64,000 nt of DNA from the NCBI GenBank assembly GCA_902627245.1, contig CACOIH010000002.1:11630-75629 (forward strand), read 5' to 3'. Positions 18,334-29,529 of this stretch are shown piece by piece. The translations under genes were made by a program, and so were the position numbers. The stretch is from an uncultured Alphaproteobacteria bacterium (GTDB lineage Bacteria > Pseudomonadota > Alphaproteobacteria > HIMB59 > GCA-002718135). Numbering within the stretch: the first letter of the stretch is position 1; every line of letters begins with the position of its first letter. Under the pieces are notes generated by a model, which was given only the letters and a program-made list of their open reading frames with translations, did not search any database and was not told the origin of the DNA.

Positions 18334-20415
18334 ATGAGACCAAAAAAATTAAATTACATATTATCTTCAATATCATCTTTGAAAGGAGTTGGTCCAAAAT
18401 TAGAGCAAATTATTAATAAATTAGGTATTTATAAGAATATCCATTTTCTATGGAACATACCAAATAATATTCTAGAAAGAAAATTTTATGAAAATATACA
18501 TGATGCAGAAATTAATTCATTAGTAACATTAAATTTAAAAATTATTAAACATGAGCCCTCAAGATTTAAAAGACAGCCTTACAAAATTAAATGTATCTGT
18601 GGAGATACAAATATTGATTTAATATATTTTAATGCAAGGCACCCTATGATGAGACAAATGCTGCCAACAAATGAAAATAAATTAATATCTGGAAAGTTAG
18701 AGTATTTTAGAAATACTTTTCAAATAACTCATCCTAACAATGTAACTGACTTAAAAAATAATAAAATAATAAAAAGTAAAGAAGCAATCTACAGCCTAAC
18801 AAATGGCTTAAATCAAAAAATAATGAATAAATTAACTCATCAAATATTGAATAATTTACCAAATTTTAATGAATGGATAGAAACCAAAATATTAAATAAG
18901 TATAGATTTAAACCGTGGAGTGAAGCAGTTATAAATCTTCATAATCCAAGTGATGATAATATTAAAAATAAGAATTTACTCAGAAGAAGATTAGCGTTTG
19001 ATGAATTATTGTCCCACCAATTAGCAATTGGTATTATGAGAAATTTCAATCAAAAGAAAAAAGGTCTAAAAATTACAAGTGGGAATAAAATAATAAATAA
19101 ATTTTACAATAATTTAGAATTTAAACTAACTAATTCACAAAATAATGTAATAAAAGAAATTATTAATGATCTAGAGAGCTCTAATCAAATGATTAGATTG
19201 TTACAAGGAGATGTTGGGTCTGGCAAAACTATTGTAGCCTTGATTTCAATGATAAAAGTTTTTGAGAGTAATTTACAATCAGCATTAATGGTACCTACTA
19301 CTATTCTTGCATTTCAGCATTACGAAAATATTTTAAATTTATTAAAAAATTCAAAAATAAATGTAATTATTCTTACTGGAAGGGACAAAGGAAGGGAGAG
19401 GAAGGATAAATTAGATAAAATTGAAAATGGACACGCAGATATTATAATTGGTACTCATGCATTAATACAGGATAGTGTAATATTTAAAAATTTAGGCTTA
19501 GCGGTAATTGATGAACAACATCGATTTGGAGTCTATCAAAGAATGGTATTTAATCATAAAAATCATAAACCAAATATTTTAGTAATGAGTGCAACACCAA
19601 TTCCAAGAACATTAACGTTAGCAGCATACGGAGATATGAAAGAAAGTAAATTAGTTGAAAAACCTTTAGGTCGAAAACCAATTATAACTAGTTCATTGTC
19701 ATTAAAAAAAGAAAATCAACTTATTGAAAGAATAAAAGCAAAAATTATTAATTCTATGTCTAAATTTTATTGGGTGTGTCCTTTAATTGAAGAGTCAGAA
19801 GAATTAGACCTAAAAGCTGCAGAAGAAAGATATAAAATATTAAAAAAATATTTCAAAGAAAAGGTTTTATTAATGCACGGACGTTTAAGTGAATTAGAAA
19901 AAGAACAAATAATGTCAAAATTTAAAAATGAGGATTATAAAATTTTAGTTTCAACAACTGTTATTGAAGTTGGTGTTGACATACCATCTGCTACAACAAT
20001 TATAATAGAGCACGCAGAAAGATTTGGATTAGCTCAACTTCATCAGTTAAGAGGTCGTGTTGGAAGAAATGATATTCAATCATATTGTATACTTTTACAT
20101 AAAGAAAATATTGGAGAAATTGCTAAAAAAAGAATTGAAATAATGAAGCAAACTGATGATGGGTTTGAAATTGCTGAAGAGGATTTAAAGATAAGAGGTC
20201 CAGGAGAAATCTTAGGAAAAAAACAGTCAGGAAGTCCCTCTTTTTATGTTGCTGATCTTAGTTTTGATAATGATTTGCTAGAAGATGCTAAAATTATGGT
20301 TGAAAACATTTTAGAAAAAAATCCAAAATTAGAAAATATTCAAGGAGAGAATCTTCGAAACTTATTATATTTACAGGAAAGAGATGCTGCTATTTTAACT
20401 CTTACTGCAGGATAA
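18334..20415 (+). CDS. recG: ATP-dependent DNA helicase RecG
   Basis: 693 aa with GDVGSGKT, DEQHRFG, SATPIPRTL and QLRGRVGRN. Confidence 0.95.
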   Translation: MRPKKLNYILSSISSLKGVGPKLEQIINKLGIYKNIHFLWNIPNNILERKFYENIHDAEINSLVTLNLKIIKHEPSRFKRQPYKIKCICGDTNIDLIYFNARHPMMRQMLPTNENKLISGKLEYFRNTFQITHPNNVTDLKNNKIIKSKEAIYSLTNGLNQKIMNKLTHQILNNLPNFNEWIETKILNKYRFKPWSEAVINLHNPSDDNIKNKNLLRRRLAFDELLSHQLAIGIMRNFNQKKKGLKITSGNKIINKFYNNLEFKLTNSQNNVIKEIINDLESSNQMIRLLQGDVGSGKTIVALISMIKVFESNLQSALMVPTTILAFQHYENILNLLKNSKINVIILTGRDKGRERKDKLDKIENGHADIIIGTHALIQDSVIFKNLGLAVIDEQHRFGVYQRMVFNHKNHKPNILVMSATPIPRTLTLAAYGDMKESKLVEKPLGRKPIITSSLSLKKENQLIERIKAKIINSMSKFYWVCPLIEESEELDLKAAEERYKILKKYFKEKVLLMHGRLSELEKEQIMSKFKNEDYKILVSTTVIEVGVDIPSATTIIIEHAERFGLAQLHQLRGRVGRNDIQSYCILLHKENIGEIAKKRIEIMKQTDDGFEIAEEDLKIRGPGEILGKKQSGSPSFYVADLSFDNDLLEDAKIMVENILEKNPKLENIQGENLRNLLYLQERDAAILTLTAG

Positions 20416-20420
20416 TTAAT

Positions 20421-20858
20421 ATGGATATAGAAAATGGTATTAGATTTGAATGTCAAGGTTCAGGAAACTGCTGTGTGTCGCGAGGATCTTATGGTTATGT
20501 TTATTTAAGTAAAAAAGATATAAAAACTTTATCTGCCGAAATGAAAATAACAAAAAAAAAATTTATTAAAAATTATTGCCAGGAAACAGATAATTTTATT
20601 CATTTAAAAGAATTAAAAAAAAATAAAGGTAATTGTATTTTTTTAATAGATAAGAGATGTAGTGTTTATAAGTCAAGACCAATTCAATGCAGAACTTGGC
20701 CTTTTTGGCCAGAGAATATGAATACAAAAAATTGGAATAACGATATTGCAAAAAATTGCCCTGGTGTTGGCAAAGGTAGAATAATTAAAAAAAGAGAAAT
20801 ATTAAAGCAATTAAAAATTGATTACGAAAATGAAATTAATATACGAAATAGAAATTAA
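20421..20858 (+). CDS. YkgJ-family cysteine-cluster protein (UPF0153)
   Basis: 145 aa with Cys clusters CQGSGNCC and CIFL...RCSVYKSRPIQCRTWPFWP. Confidence 0.75.
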   Translation: MDIENGIRFECQGSGNCCVSRGSYGYVYLSKKDIKTLSAEMKITKKKFIKNYCQETDNFIHLKELKKNKGNCIFLIDKRCSVYKSRPIQCRTWPFWPENMNTKNWNNDIAKNCPGVGKGRIIKKREILKQLKIDYENEINIRNRN

Positions 20859-21037
20859 CCATCTGACTCAAATTCCATTTCTTTGAAATAACCGATATAT
20901 TTATTAGTCTTTTTTTTTAATAATATTTTTATTGTGGTTCCTTCTAGTACAACTTCAAGAATATGATCATTTTTTCTCAAAATATCACATTTTTTCTTAA
21001 TACCAGTTGCAATATTAGTTATTAAAGTTTTTTTCAC
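20855..21037 (-). CDS. Hypothetical small protein
   Basis: 60-aa ORF that fills an otherwise empty 190-nt space downstream of the Ldh2-family gene. I recognise no family. Confidence 0.3.
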   Translation of the reverse strand: MKKTLITNIATGIKKKCDILRKNDHILEVVLEGTTIKILLKKKTNKYIGYFKEMEFESDG

Positions 21038-21050
21038 AAAATTAATTATA

Positions 21051-22142
21051 CTATTTTGAAACTGATTTTAAAATTGTTTTAAACCTATCAATTTTTAATT
21101 TTTTATCTATTAATTTATAAGCATTAATCATTTCTTTATCAAAAGGTATTCCATTGTTAATTCTTTTTTTTTCTTCTATTATTTCTAATTCACCTGGAAA
21201 ATATATTTGTTTTTTTTTAATATTACTTTTTTGTTTTTTTAAATCATTTATATAATTATTAATTTTTCTATAATACTGAGTCTTGCTTTGGAAGACATCA
21301 ATTTTTATTGCAATAAGAATATGACCTAGTTTTCTATAGGTTTTAAAATCTGGTCCATTCATAGGTAATAGCCTGAAACCATGAAGCATGCCTGTTAACG
21401 GACCGCACAAAATTTCTATTGAAGACGATAAACCAAAACCTTTATGACCATAAGAAATACCACCCAATGGATAAAGAGAATCAGCTGTGAAAGGATTTTT
21501 TGTCATTCTACCTTTTTTATCAACTACTAATTCCCCTGAAAGTTTCCAATTATTACCTCTAGCTCTCAAAACTTTGTTCCAGGGAATATTACTAGTAGCA
21601 AAATCAACTAAAAAATACTTGTCATTTTTTAAAGGTGCGCAAAATGAATATGGATTTGTTCCATTAAATTTCTTATATCCACCATGTGGACTAACCATAG
21701 CATCAGAATGAGTAAATGATAATCCGATACAATTGTTCTTAGCAATTTCAATATTGTAAGCACCTGCTGCGGCATTATGAGATGAGTTTATTATACCAAC
21801 AATTCCTATTCCTGTTTTAGATGCAATTTTTGATACTTTATCTGCAGCAAGATATGAAGCGTGATGACCTAAACCATTATTTGCATCTAAAATACAAGCT
21901 GAGGTTGTTTTCATTTTAAACTTCATTTTAGGTTTTTTATTAATCCTACCTCCAATAATTGCTGATACATAATGAGGGTATAACCTTAAACCATGACTAT
22001 CTACACCCCTTAGTGATGAGCCTATGAGAGATTTTGTTAAATATTCAGATGATTTATTATTCAAACCTAGAATTTTATTAGTGTAATGTAAATAATGAGA
22101 AATAGATTGATGATTAACTTTTACGTTATGACTATTTTTCAT
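21051..22142 (-). CDS. Ldh2-family malate/L-lactate/ureidoglycolate-type dehydrogenase
   Basis: 363 aa. GVDSHGLRLYPHYV and HGGYKKFNGTNP are typical of the Ldh_2 family. Confidence 0.8.
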   Translation of the reverse strand: MKNSHNVKVNHQSISHYLHYTNKILGLNNKSSEYLTKSLIGSSLRGVDSHGLRLYPHYVSAIIGGRINKKPKMKFKMKTTSACILDANNGLGHHASYLAADKVSKIASKTGIGIVGIINSSHNAAAGAYNIEIAKNNCIGLSFTHSDAMVSPHGGYKKFNGTNPYSFCAPLKNDKYFLVDFATSNIPWNKVLRARGNNWKLSGELVVDKKGRMTKNPFTADSLYPLGGISYGHKGFGLSSSIEILCGPLTGMLHGFRLLPMNGPDFKTYRKLGHILIAIKIDVFQSKTQYYRKINNYINDLKKQKSNIKKKQIYFPGELEIIEEKKRINNGIPFDKEMINAYKLIDKKLKIDRFKTILKSVSK

Positions 22143-22151
22143 ACAAATAGA

Positions 22152-22227
<76 letters not shown>

Positions 22228-22277
22228 ATCGAATTTGTATTTTATATAGTTCAAATATTATAAGCGCAAGTGATTAA

Positions 22278-22769
22278 CTAAGAGTTTTTTCTCTTTAGTT
22301 CACTTAAAGTGTTTTTAGAAACAAAATTCGAAACATCTCCACCAAGTTTGTAAACTTCTTTAACAAAATTTGATGAAATAAATGAGTTTTTTTCTGAGGT
22401 CATTAGAAAGATTGTCTCTATATTAGGATTTAGTTGATAGTTCATTCCGGTCATTTGAAATTCATACTCAAAATCTGATACTGCTCTTAATCCCCTTATT
22501 ATACAAGTGGCATTTTGTTTATCGGCAAAAGTAGTTAGCAAACCTGACAATTCAACAACTTTAATTTTTGTACTAATTTCATTCAATGCAGATAGATCTT
22601 CATTTATTATATTTATTCTTTCATTAATATTAAATAATGAATCCTTATTTAAGTTGTTTGCAACAGCTATTACAAGATTATCAACAATTTTAAGAGATCT
22701 TTTAACTATATCCATATGCCCCATAGTCATTGGATCAAAAGTTCCCGGATAAATACCAATCTTATTCAT
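22278..22769 (-). CDS. coaD: Phosphopantetheine adenylyltransferase
   Basis: 163 aa with [18 protein letters not shown] (T/HxGH nucleotidyltransferase motif). Confidence 0.9.
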   Translation of the reverse strand: MNKIGIYPGTFDPMTMGHMDIVKRSLKIVDNLVIAVANNLNKDSLFNINERINIINEDLSALNEISTKIKVVELSGLLTTFADKQNATCIIRGLRAVSDFEYEFQMTGMNYQLNPNIETIFLMTSEKNSFISSNFVKEVYKLGGDVSNFVSKNTLSELKRKNS

Positions 22770-25440
22770 TTTTTATTATTTCTTGTATTCTAGATACAGA
22801 TACAATTCTATCTGTTTCTGGTATTTTAAAGATACTAACACCCTTTGTTGATCTTCCAGCAATTCTTATTTGATTTACATTAACTCTAATAATTTGCCCT
22901 TTGTCACTAACAAGTATAATTTCATCATTATTTTGAACTACAAAACAATCTACAACTTCACCATTTTTTTCAGAAGTCAATATTCCAGTAATGCCCTTAC
23001 CACCCCTATTCGATATTCTGTATTCATATGCTGAAGATCTCTTCCCAAAACCCTTTGATGTAACTGCGAGTAAAAATTCTTCATTTTTATTTAGTTCTTC
23101 AAAACCATTTTTAAGTGATGATGTTTCGTTACGTCTACTATCAGAAGAAGCTTTTAAGTAATCTTGTCTTATTTTCATATCAATTAATGAATGTTTCAAA
23201 ATTGACAACGAGATGATAAAATTATCTTTTTCTAATTTAATTCCTCTAACTCCTGAAGAATTTAGACCAGAAAATAATCTCAATTTAGAAACAGGGAAAC
23301 GAAGACACTTACCATTTGATGATGATAACAATATATCTTCTTCAATAGAGCATAATTTAACACTAATTAAAGAATCATGGCTATCAAGCTTAATAGCAAG
23401 TTTTCCAGAATCTCTAAGATCTCTCTTACCACTCTTAGCAACATCAATTAACTTATTTTTTCTAACCATTCCTTTTTTTGTTGCAAAAATCACAAAATAT
23501 TTATCCCATAATTTTTCATCTAAAGGCAATGGTAGAAATGTTGATATTTTTTCAGAATTTTTGAATGGTAGTAAATTTACAATAGGTTTGCCCCTTGCTT
23601 TAAGACTAGCTTCGGGAATGTCATGTGCTTTTAATGAATATACTTTTCCTAGAGACGAAAATACAAGAAGCTTTGTATGAGTATCTGCAAAGTGAATTTC
23701 TTTTACAAAATCTTCATCTCTCGTAGACATTCCTGTCTTACCTTTACCTCCTCTGTTTTGCGAACGGTAGTTTGATAGTAATGATCTTTTAGTGTAACCA
23801 TTATTAGAAATAGTTAATACAATATCTTCCTGTTGGATATATTTCAAATCATCAACTTGTTCATATTCTTTATCAATAATTTCACTTCTTCGATCTGTAG
23901 CAAATTCTTCTTTAATTTCTTTTAATTCTTTTTCAATCACATTAAGTAATATTTTCCTTGAATTTAAAATTTCTAAATAGTTTTTGATTTCTAAAATTAA
24001 TTTTTCTAAATCTTTTTGAATATCATCTCTTTCTAGTGCTGTTAGTTTTTGAAGTCTTAGTTCTAAAATTGCTTTTGCTTGATTTTCAGAAAAATTAAAA
24101 GTGTCATTTTTTAATTGATTAGTATTTTCATCAACTAAATTTATAAAATTAATATTATCTTTACTTAATTTCCATTTTTTATTTATTAATTTTTCTTTTG
24201 CTTCTTTTGTATCTTTAGATTGTTTAATTATTAATATTATTTCATCAATGTTTGTATTTGCTACAACTAAACCTACTAATATGTGAGCTTTATCTCTTGC
24301 TTTATTTAGATCAAATAATGTTCTTTTAGTAATTACCTCTTCTCTAAAATCTAAAAAAGAACTTAAAATATCTTTTAAGTTCATTTGTTCGGGCTTACCC
24401 TTATTTAAAGCGAGCATATTTGAATTAAATGTTGTTTGAATTAATGTGTGTTTGTAAAGTTGATTTAATATTATATTTGCATCTACATCTTTTTTAAGCT
24501 CTATTACTACTCTTACACCGTTTCTATCTGATTCATCTCTTAAATCTGAAATGCCTTCTATAATTCCATTTTTAACTATTTCTGCAATTCTTTCTAAAAG
24601 TTTTGACTTGTTAACTTGATAGGGTATTTCATGTAAAATTATAGCCTCCCTATCTTTTTTATAATTTTCAATACTTGTTTTTGATCTAACAACACAACTG
24701 CCCCTACCAGTTTCAAAAGTTTCTATAATACCTTTCTTTCCTATAATTTGTCCGCCTGTAGGAAAGTCTGGACCAAAAATATATTTTTGGAGATCTTGAG
24801 TGCTACATCCAGGATTAGATATTAAATGAAGTGTAGCATTAATAACTTCACCAAGGTTATGCGGTGCAATGTTAGTTGCCATTCCAACAGCTATTCCAGA
24901 AGCTCCATTAACTAATAAATTTGGGAATTGTGAAGGAAGTACGATTGGTTCCTTTGTAGTATCATCATAGTTTGGTTGAAAAGATATTGTATTCTTATCG
25001 ATATCTTCAACTAGTCTTTCTGAAACTTTAGATAATCTGGCTTCTGTATAACGCATTGCTGCGGGGGGATCTCCATCTAATGATCCAAAATTACCTTGGC
25101 CATCAATTAATTCTAGACGCATTGAAAAATATTGAGCCATTCTTACCATAGAATTGTAAATAGCTGAGTCCCCATGAGGATGATATTTACCCATAACATC
25201 GCCGACTATTCTTGCAGATTTTTTGTAAGGTTTATTGAAGCTGTAACCTGATTCGCTCATGGAGTATAAAATCCTCCTATGAACAGGCTTTAAACCATCT
25301 CTACAATCAGGCAAAGCTCTACTAACAATAACAGACATCGCGTAATCCAGGTAGGATTTCTGCATTTCCTCTTCTAGACTTATAGAAGAAATGTTTTCTT
25401 GTTTTGGAGTTTCATTAGAAATATCTGTATCGTCAGGCAC
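22762..25440 (-). CDS. gyrA: DNA gyrase subunit A
   Basis: 892 aa. QRDR segment [11 protein letters not shown], active-site [10 protein letters not shown], and a GyrA-box-like QNRGGKGK. Confidence 0.97.
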   Translation of the reverse strand: MPDDTDISNETPKQENISSISLEEEMQKSYLDYAMSVIVSRALPDCRDGLKPVHRRILYSMSESGYSFNKPYKKSARIVGDVMGKYHPHGDSAIYNSMVRMAQYFSMRLELIDGQGNFGSLDGDPPAAMRYTEARLSKVSERLVEDIDKNTISFQPNYDDTTKEPIVLPSQFPNLLVNGASGIAVGMATNIAPHNLGEVINATLHLISNPGCSTQDLQKYIFGPDFPTGGQIIGKKGIIETFETGRGSCVVRSKTSIENYKKDREAIILHEIPYQVNKSKLLERIAEIVKNGIIEGISDLRDESDRNGVRVVIELKKDVDANIILNQLYKHTLIQTTFNSNMLALNKGKPEQMNLKDILSSFLDFREEVITKRTLFDLNKARDKAHILVGLVVANTNIDEIILIIKQSKDTKEAKEKLINKKWKLSKDNINFINLVDENTNQLKNDTFNFSENQAKAILELRLQKLTALERDDIQKDLEKLILEIKNYLEILNSRKILLNVIEKELKEIKEEFATDRRSEIIDKEYEQVDDLKYIQQEDIVLTISNNGYTKRSLLSNYRSQNRGGKGKTGMSTRDEDFVKEIHFADTHTKLLVFSSLGKVYSLKAHDIPEASLKARGKPIVNLLPFKNSEKISTFLPLPLDEKLWDKYFVIFATKKGMVRKNKLIDVAKSGKRDLRDSGKLAIKLDSHDSLISVKLCSIEEDILLSSSNGKCLRFPVSKLRLFSGLNSSGVRGIKLEKDNFIISLSILKHSLIDMKIRQDYLKASSDSRRNETSSLKNGFEELNKNEEFLLAVTSKGFGKRSSAYEYRISNRGGKGITGILTSEKNGEVVDCFVVQNNDEIILVSDKGQIIRVNVNQIRIAGRSTKGVSIFKIPETDRIVSVSRIQEIIKNE

Positions 25441-25580
25441 TTAAAATCTCTTATTTTTTATGAAAAATTAATGTTTTTTTATAGCAAATATTAAAATTTA
25501 AACAAATGTTTAAAATATAGAAATAAATAATAATAATACCTATATTTCAATAAGATAAAGTAAGAATTTAAATATAATTT

Positions 25581-26054
25581 TTAAAAAGGAATATCTTCAT
25601 CTAAATCTTCAGAATCACTTTCAGAGCTTCCAAAAGAATTCTCTTCTACCGATTTAGAATTGCTTATTTCTTCAGAATTATCATTTGTAATTTGAGTATT
25701 ATTTCTACTGTCTAACAGTGTTAAATTACAATTGTATCCCTGTAATATCACTTCTGTTGTATATCTATCATTACCTTCTTTATCTTGCCATTTTCGAGTT
25801 TGTAGCTCACCTTCAATGTAAATTTTAGAACCTTTTTTTACATATTTTTCAACAATATCTACAAGACCATCACCAAAAACTACAATATTATGCCATGAGG
25901 TTTTTTCTTTTTGTTCTTGAGTATTTCTGTCTTTCCATCTTTTTGATGTAGCAATTGAAAAGGAGGCCATTTTAGAGCCAGATTGCATAGATCTAATCTC
26001 TGGATCTCTTCCCAAATTTCCTAATAAAATTGCTTTATTAACACTACCAACCAT
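25581..26054 (-). CDS. ssb: Single-stranded DNA-binding protein
   Basis: 157 aa with an OB-fold N-terminus and acidic tail ending DEDIPF. Confidence 0.95.
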   Translation of the reverse strand: MVGSVNKAILLGNLGRDPEIRSMQSGSKMASFSIATSKRWKDRNTQEQKEKTSWHNIVVFGDGLVDIVEKYVKKGSKIYIEGELQTRKWQDKEGNDRYTTEVILQGYNCNLTLLDSRNNTQITNDNSEEISNSKSVEENSFGSSESDSEDLDEDIPF

Positions 26055-26111
26055 ACATTTTCTATATATATCCTTATAACATATTAAGGGTATTAACTAA
26101 TACAAATATTA

Positions 26112-28895
26112 ATGAATTTAGATAAAATTGTTATAAAAGGCGCAAGAGAGCATAACTTAAAAAATATAAGTCTTGAAATACCAAAAAATAAACTTGTTGT
26201 AATTACAGGAGTAAGTGGATCAGGTAAATCAACTTTAGCCTTTGATACAATTTATTCAGAGGGACAAAGAAAATATGTTGAAAGTCTATCAGCATATGCA
26301 AGACAATTTCTACAGATGATGAATAAACCAGATGTGGATAGCATTGATGGTTTATCTCCTGCCATATCAATTGAACAAAAAACAACACAAAAAAATCCTA
26401 GGAGTACAGTAGGAACTGTAACTGAAATATATGATTATTTAAGAGTTCTCTTTGCAAGGGTTGGCGTACCCTACTCACCAACAACAGGCAAGCCAATTAA
26501 ATCTCAATCAGTAAGTGAAATAACTGATCTTATAATTAAAAATAATATTAATAAGAGAATTTATATTTTATCTCCAATAGTTAGGGATAGAAAAGGCGAA
26601 TATAGAAAAGAAATCGAAGATTTAAAAAAAAGAGGCTATCAACGTCTAAAAGTAGATAATGTTGTCTATGATATTGATGAAGTACCTTTGCTAAAAAAGA
26701 ATTTTAAACACAATATTGATGTTGTAATTGATCGACTTATTGTAAAAAAAAATATTCAGCAACGGCTTAGTGAGAGTATAGAAGTTGCACTAACACTATC
26801 AGATGGTTTGCTATATTTAGAAAATCTAGATACAAATAAATTATCCATATTTTCATCAAAATTTGCATGTCCTGTATCTGGTTTTAGTATTGAAGAAATT
26901 GAACCAAGATTATTTAGCTTTAATGCTCCTCAAGGTGCTTGTTCTGAATGTGATGGTCTTGGAGTTGAAAAATATTTTGATGAAAATAAAATAGTTCCCG
27001 ATGAAACTAGATCAATTGGTGATGGAGCTATTAAACCATGGGAAACAAAAGTATTTGGTTACCAAAAAAGATATTTTGTTGAAACAATTGATAAAATTTT
27101 AAAACAATTTAAAATAAAGAAAAATCTTCCATGGAGAGAAATTCCAAAAAATGTAAGAAATATTATTCTTTATGGAGATGAGAACAGCGAAATAAATTTT
27201 TTGTATGATTTTGAAGGGATTATAAACTTTATTGATCGAAAATATGAAGAGACTGAGAGATGGTGGCTACAATATGAATTAGAAAAATATTTATCTGAAA
27301 GAGACTGTGAAGTTTGTAATGGTTATCGACTTAATGAGAAAGCTTTAGCTGTAAAAATTGATGAAAAGCATATTGGAAATATAACTAAAAAATCAATAAG
27401 TGAGTGTTTAAACTGGTTTTCATCACTCGAAAGTAAACTTGATAAAAATAATAGAAAGATTGCAGAAGGTGTAATTAAAGAAATTAAAGATAGGTTAGTT
27501 TTTTTAAATAGAGTTGGTTTGGATTATTTATCGTTAGCAAGAGCAAGCAAAACTTTATCAGGAGGTGAAAGTCAAAGAATTAGATTGGCGAGTCAAATTG
27601 GTTCTGGCTTAACTGGAGTTTTGTATGTTTTAGATGAGCCATCTATTGGGTTACATCAAAAAGATAATCAACAACTAATAGAGACTTTATTTAGGTTAAG
27701 AGATCTAGGAAATACAGTAATTGTTGTTGAGCATGATGAAGATGCAATCAAACAATCTGATCACATAATTGATATTGGTGTTAAAGCTGGTGTTAATGGA
27801 GGTCATATAATTGCCGAAGGAAATCTAAAAAAAATATTAAAAAATAATAAAAGTTTAACAGCAAAGTATTTAAATAAAACCTTAGAAATAGAGGTTCCAA
27901 AAAATAGAAGAAAATTTAATAAGAACAAACTTTTTAAACTTAATAAAATTAAAACTAATAATCTAAATAATATTGATGTAACTTTGCCACTAGGGAATTT
28001 TATTACTGTAACTGGTGTTTCAGGAAGTGGTAAATCCTCCTTAATAATTGATACTTTGTATCAAAGATTAGATGAGTATTTCAACAAATCTCTAAATAAA
28101 GATGAAAGTCGTTTTAATTTCAAGGGTATTAATCATATAGATAAAGTAATTGATATTGATCAATCTCCAATTGGAAGAACGCCAAGATCAAATCCAGCAA
28201 CATACACAGGTTGCTTTACACCTATTAGGGATTGGTTTGCAAACTTAAATGAATCAAGCGCCAGAGGATATAAACCAGGTCGTTTTTCATTTAATGTTAA
28301 AGGCGGTAGATGCGAATCATGTGAAGGTGATGGTGTAAAAAAAATAGAAATGCATTTTTTAGCCGACGTTTATGTCGAGTGTGATATTTGTAAGGGTAAA
28401 AGGTATAATAGGGAAACATTAGAAGTAAAATATAAGGATAAATCTATTTCTGATGTTTTAGAAATGACTGTTGAGGAAGGTTATAAGTTTTTTGATAAAA
28501 TTCCTACCATTAAACAAAAATTACAAACTTTAATGGATGTTGGTTTAGATTATATAAAAATAGGTCAATCTGCAACAACACTGTCAGGTGGTGAAGCACA
28601 AAGAATTAAATTATCTAAAGAATTATCAAAAAGATCAACTGGTAAAACACTTTATATTCTTGATGAACCAACTACAGGCCTTCATTTTGATGATGTTAAA
28701 AAGTTACTTAAAATTCTTCATACGCTTGTTGATGAAGGAAATACTGTAATTGTAATTGAGCATAATCTCGATGTTATAAAAACTGCTGATCATATTATTG
28801 ATCTTGGTCCTCTAGGTGGAGTAAATGGCGGTCAAATTGTCGGAACAGGAACACCCGAAGATATTGCAAATAACAAAAAAAAGCTATACAGGTGA
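26112..28895 (+). CDS. uvrA: Excinuclease ABC subunit A (3' end disturbed: the conserved C-terminus continues in the +1 frame to 28917)
   Basis: Two ABC modules (GVSGSGKST/S twice, LSGGE twice) and CxxC zinc modules. After the A8 tract at 28875-28882, the +1 frame reads SYTGEFLKKIL*, the canonical UvrA end. Confidence 0.95.
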   Translation: MNLDKIVIKGAREHNLKNISLEIPKNKLVVITGVSGSGKSTLAFDTIYSEGQRKYVESLSAYARQFLQMMNKPDVDSIDGLSPAISIEQKTTQKNPRSTVGTVTEIYDYLRVLFARVGVPYSPTTGKPIKSQSVSEITDLIIKNNINKRIYILSPIVRDRKGEYRKEIEDLKKRGYQRLKVDNVVYDIDEVPLLKKNFKHNIDVVIDRLIVKKNIQQRLSESIEVALTLSDGLLYLENLDTNKLSIFSSKFACPVSGFSIEEIEPRLFSFNAPQGACSECDGLGVEKYFDENKIVPDETRSIGDGAIKPWETKVFGYQKRYFVETIDKILKQFKIKKNLPWREIPKNVRNIILYGDENSEINFLYDFEGIINFIDRKYEETERWWLQYELEKYLSERDCEVCNGYRLNEKALAVKIDEKHIGNITKKSISECLNWFSSLESKLDKNNRKIAEGVIKEIKDRLVFLNRVGLDYLSLARASKTLSGGESQRIRLASQIGSGLTGVLYVLDEPSIGLHQKDNQQLIETLFRLRDLGNTVIVVEHDEDAIKQSDHIIDIGVKAGVNGGHIIAEGNLKKILKNNKSLTAKYLNKTLEIEVPKNRRKFNKNKLFKLNKIKTNNLNNIDVTLPLGNFITVTGVSGSGKSSLIIDTLYQRLDEYFNKSLNKDESRFNFKGINHIDKVIDIDQSPIGRTPRSNPATYTGCFTPIRDWFANLNESSARGYKPGRFSFNVKGGRCESCEGDGVKKIEMHFLADVYVECDICKGKRYNRETLEVKYKDKSISDVLEMTVEEGYKFFDKIPTIKQKLQTLMDVGLDYIKIGQSATTLSGGEAQRIKLSKELSKRSTGKTLYILDEPTTGLHFDDVKKLLKILHTLVDEGNTVIVIEHNLDVIKTADHIIDLGPLGGVNGGQIVGTGTPEDIANNKKKLYR

Positions 28896-28932
28896 ATTTT
28901 TAAAAAAAATTTTATAAATAAAAGGAATTAAA

Positions 28933-29529
28933 ATGATAAATCTAGAGTTACCAGATCTACCCTATAGTAAAGATGCTCTTATGCCGTATATGTCGGCCGA
29001 AACTTTAGAGCTGCATCATGATAAGCATCATATGGCTTATATCACTAATGGGAATAAATTTATTAAAGAACAAAATATATCTGATGATAATGTTAATGAT
29101 ATAGTAATTAACTCATATCAAAAGAATGCTCCAGTTTTCAATAATGTGGCACAACATATAAATCACGTTCATTTTTGGGAAGTAATGAAAAATAACCCGA
29201 ATGGAAAAATACCGTCTGAACTAGAAAGCAAGATAGTTTCAGATATAGGATCAATTGAAAAAATGAAAGAGGATTTTATAAATGCAGGTATTGGACAATT
29301 TGGATCAGGTTGGTGTTGGTTAGTTCTAAATAATGGTAAATTAGAAATTACCAAAACACCTAATGGAGAAAACCCAATAGTTCATGGTCATACTCCTCTT
29401 CTTGGATGTGATGTTTGGGAACATTCATACTATGTTGATTACAGAAATAGAAGGCCAGATTATCTAAAGGCCTTTATTGATAACTTAGTTAATTGGGAAA
29501 AAGTTACAGAAAATTTAAATAACGGTTAG
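28933..29529 (+). CDS. sodB: Fe/Mn-family superoxide dismutase
   Basis: 198 aa with LELHHDKHH and DVWEHSYY metal-ligand segments. Confidence 0.9.
   Translation: MINLELPDLPYSKDALMPYMSAETLELHHDKHHMAYITNGNKFIKEQNISDDNVNDIVINSYQKNAPVFNNVAQHINHVHFWEVMKNNPNGKIPSELESKIVSDIGSIEKMKEDFINAGIGQFGSGWCWLVLNNGKLEITKTPNGENPIVHGHTPLLGCDVWEHSYYVDYRNRRPDYLKAFIDNLVNWEKVTENLNNG

Noticed and set aside
23213-23680. 155-aa plus-strand ORF inside gyrA. The same applies to the other 60-95-aa antisense ORFs: 659-865, 1025-1219, 7133-7366, 9117-9299, 9789-9977, 15582-15860, 16008-16280, 17442-17633, 21487-21711, 22507-22752, 26203-26388, 29169-29354, 29599-29829, 36202-36387, 36841-37098, 38554-38739, 41141-41368, 46657-46869, 47100-47327, 51095-51283, 51581-51808, 54362-54559, 58373-58612, 59715-59999, 61065-61304 and 62121-62348.
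   Set aside because: All lie antisense to well-supported genes. They have the Leu/Ser/Phe/Ile-rich composition expected from reading Lys/Glu/Asp/Asn-rich codons backwards. None has a recognisable motif or free-standing start context.
26055-26111. SOS (LexA) box expected in the divergent ssb/uvrA promoter region
   Set aside because: No GTTC-N7-GTTC, GAAC-N7-GAAC or CTGT-N8-ACAG-type palindrome is visible in the 57-nt spacer. No claim is made.
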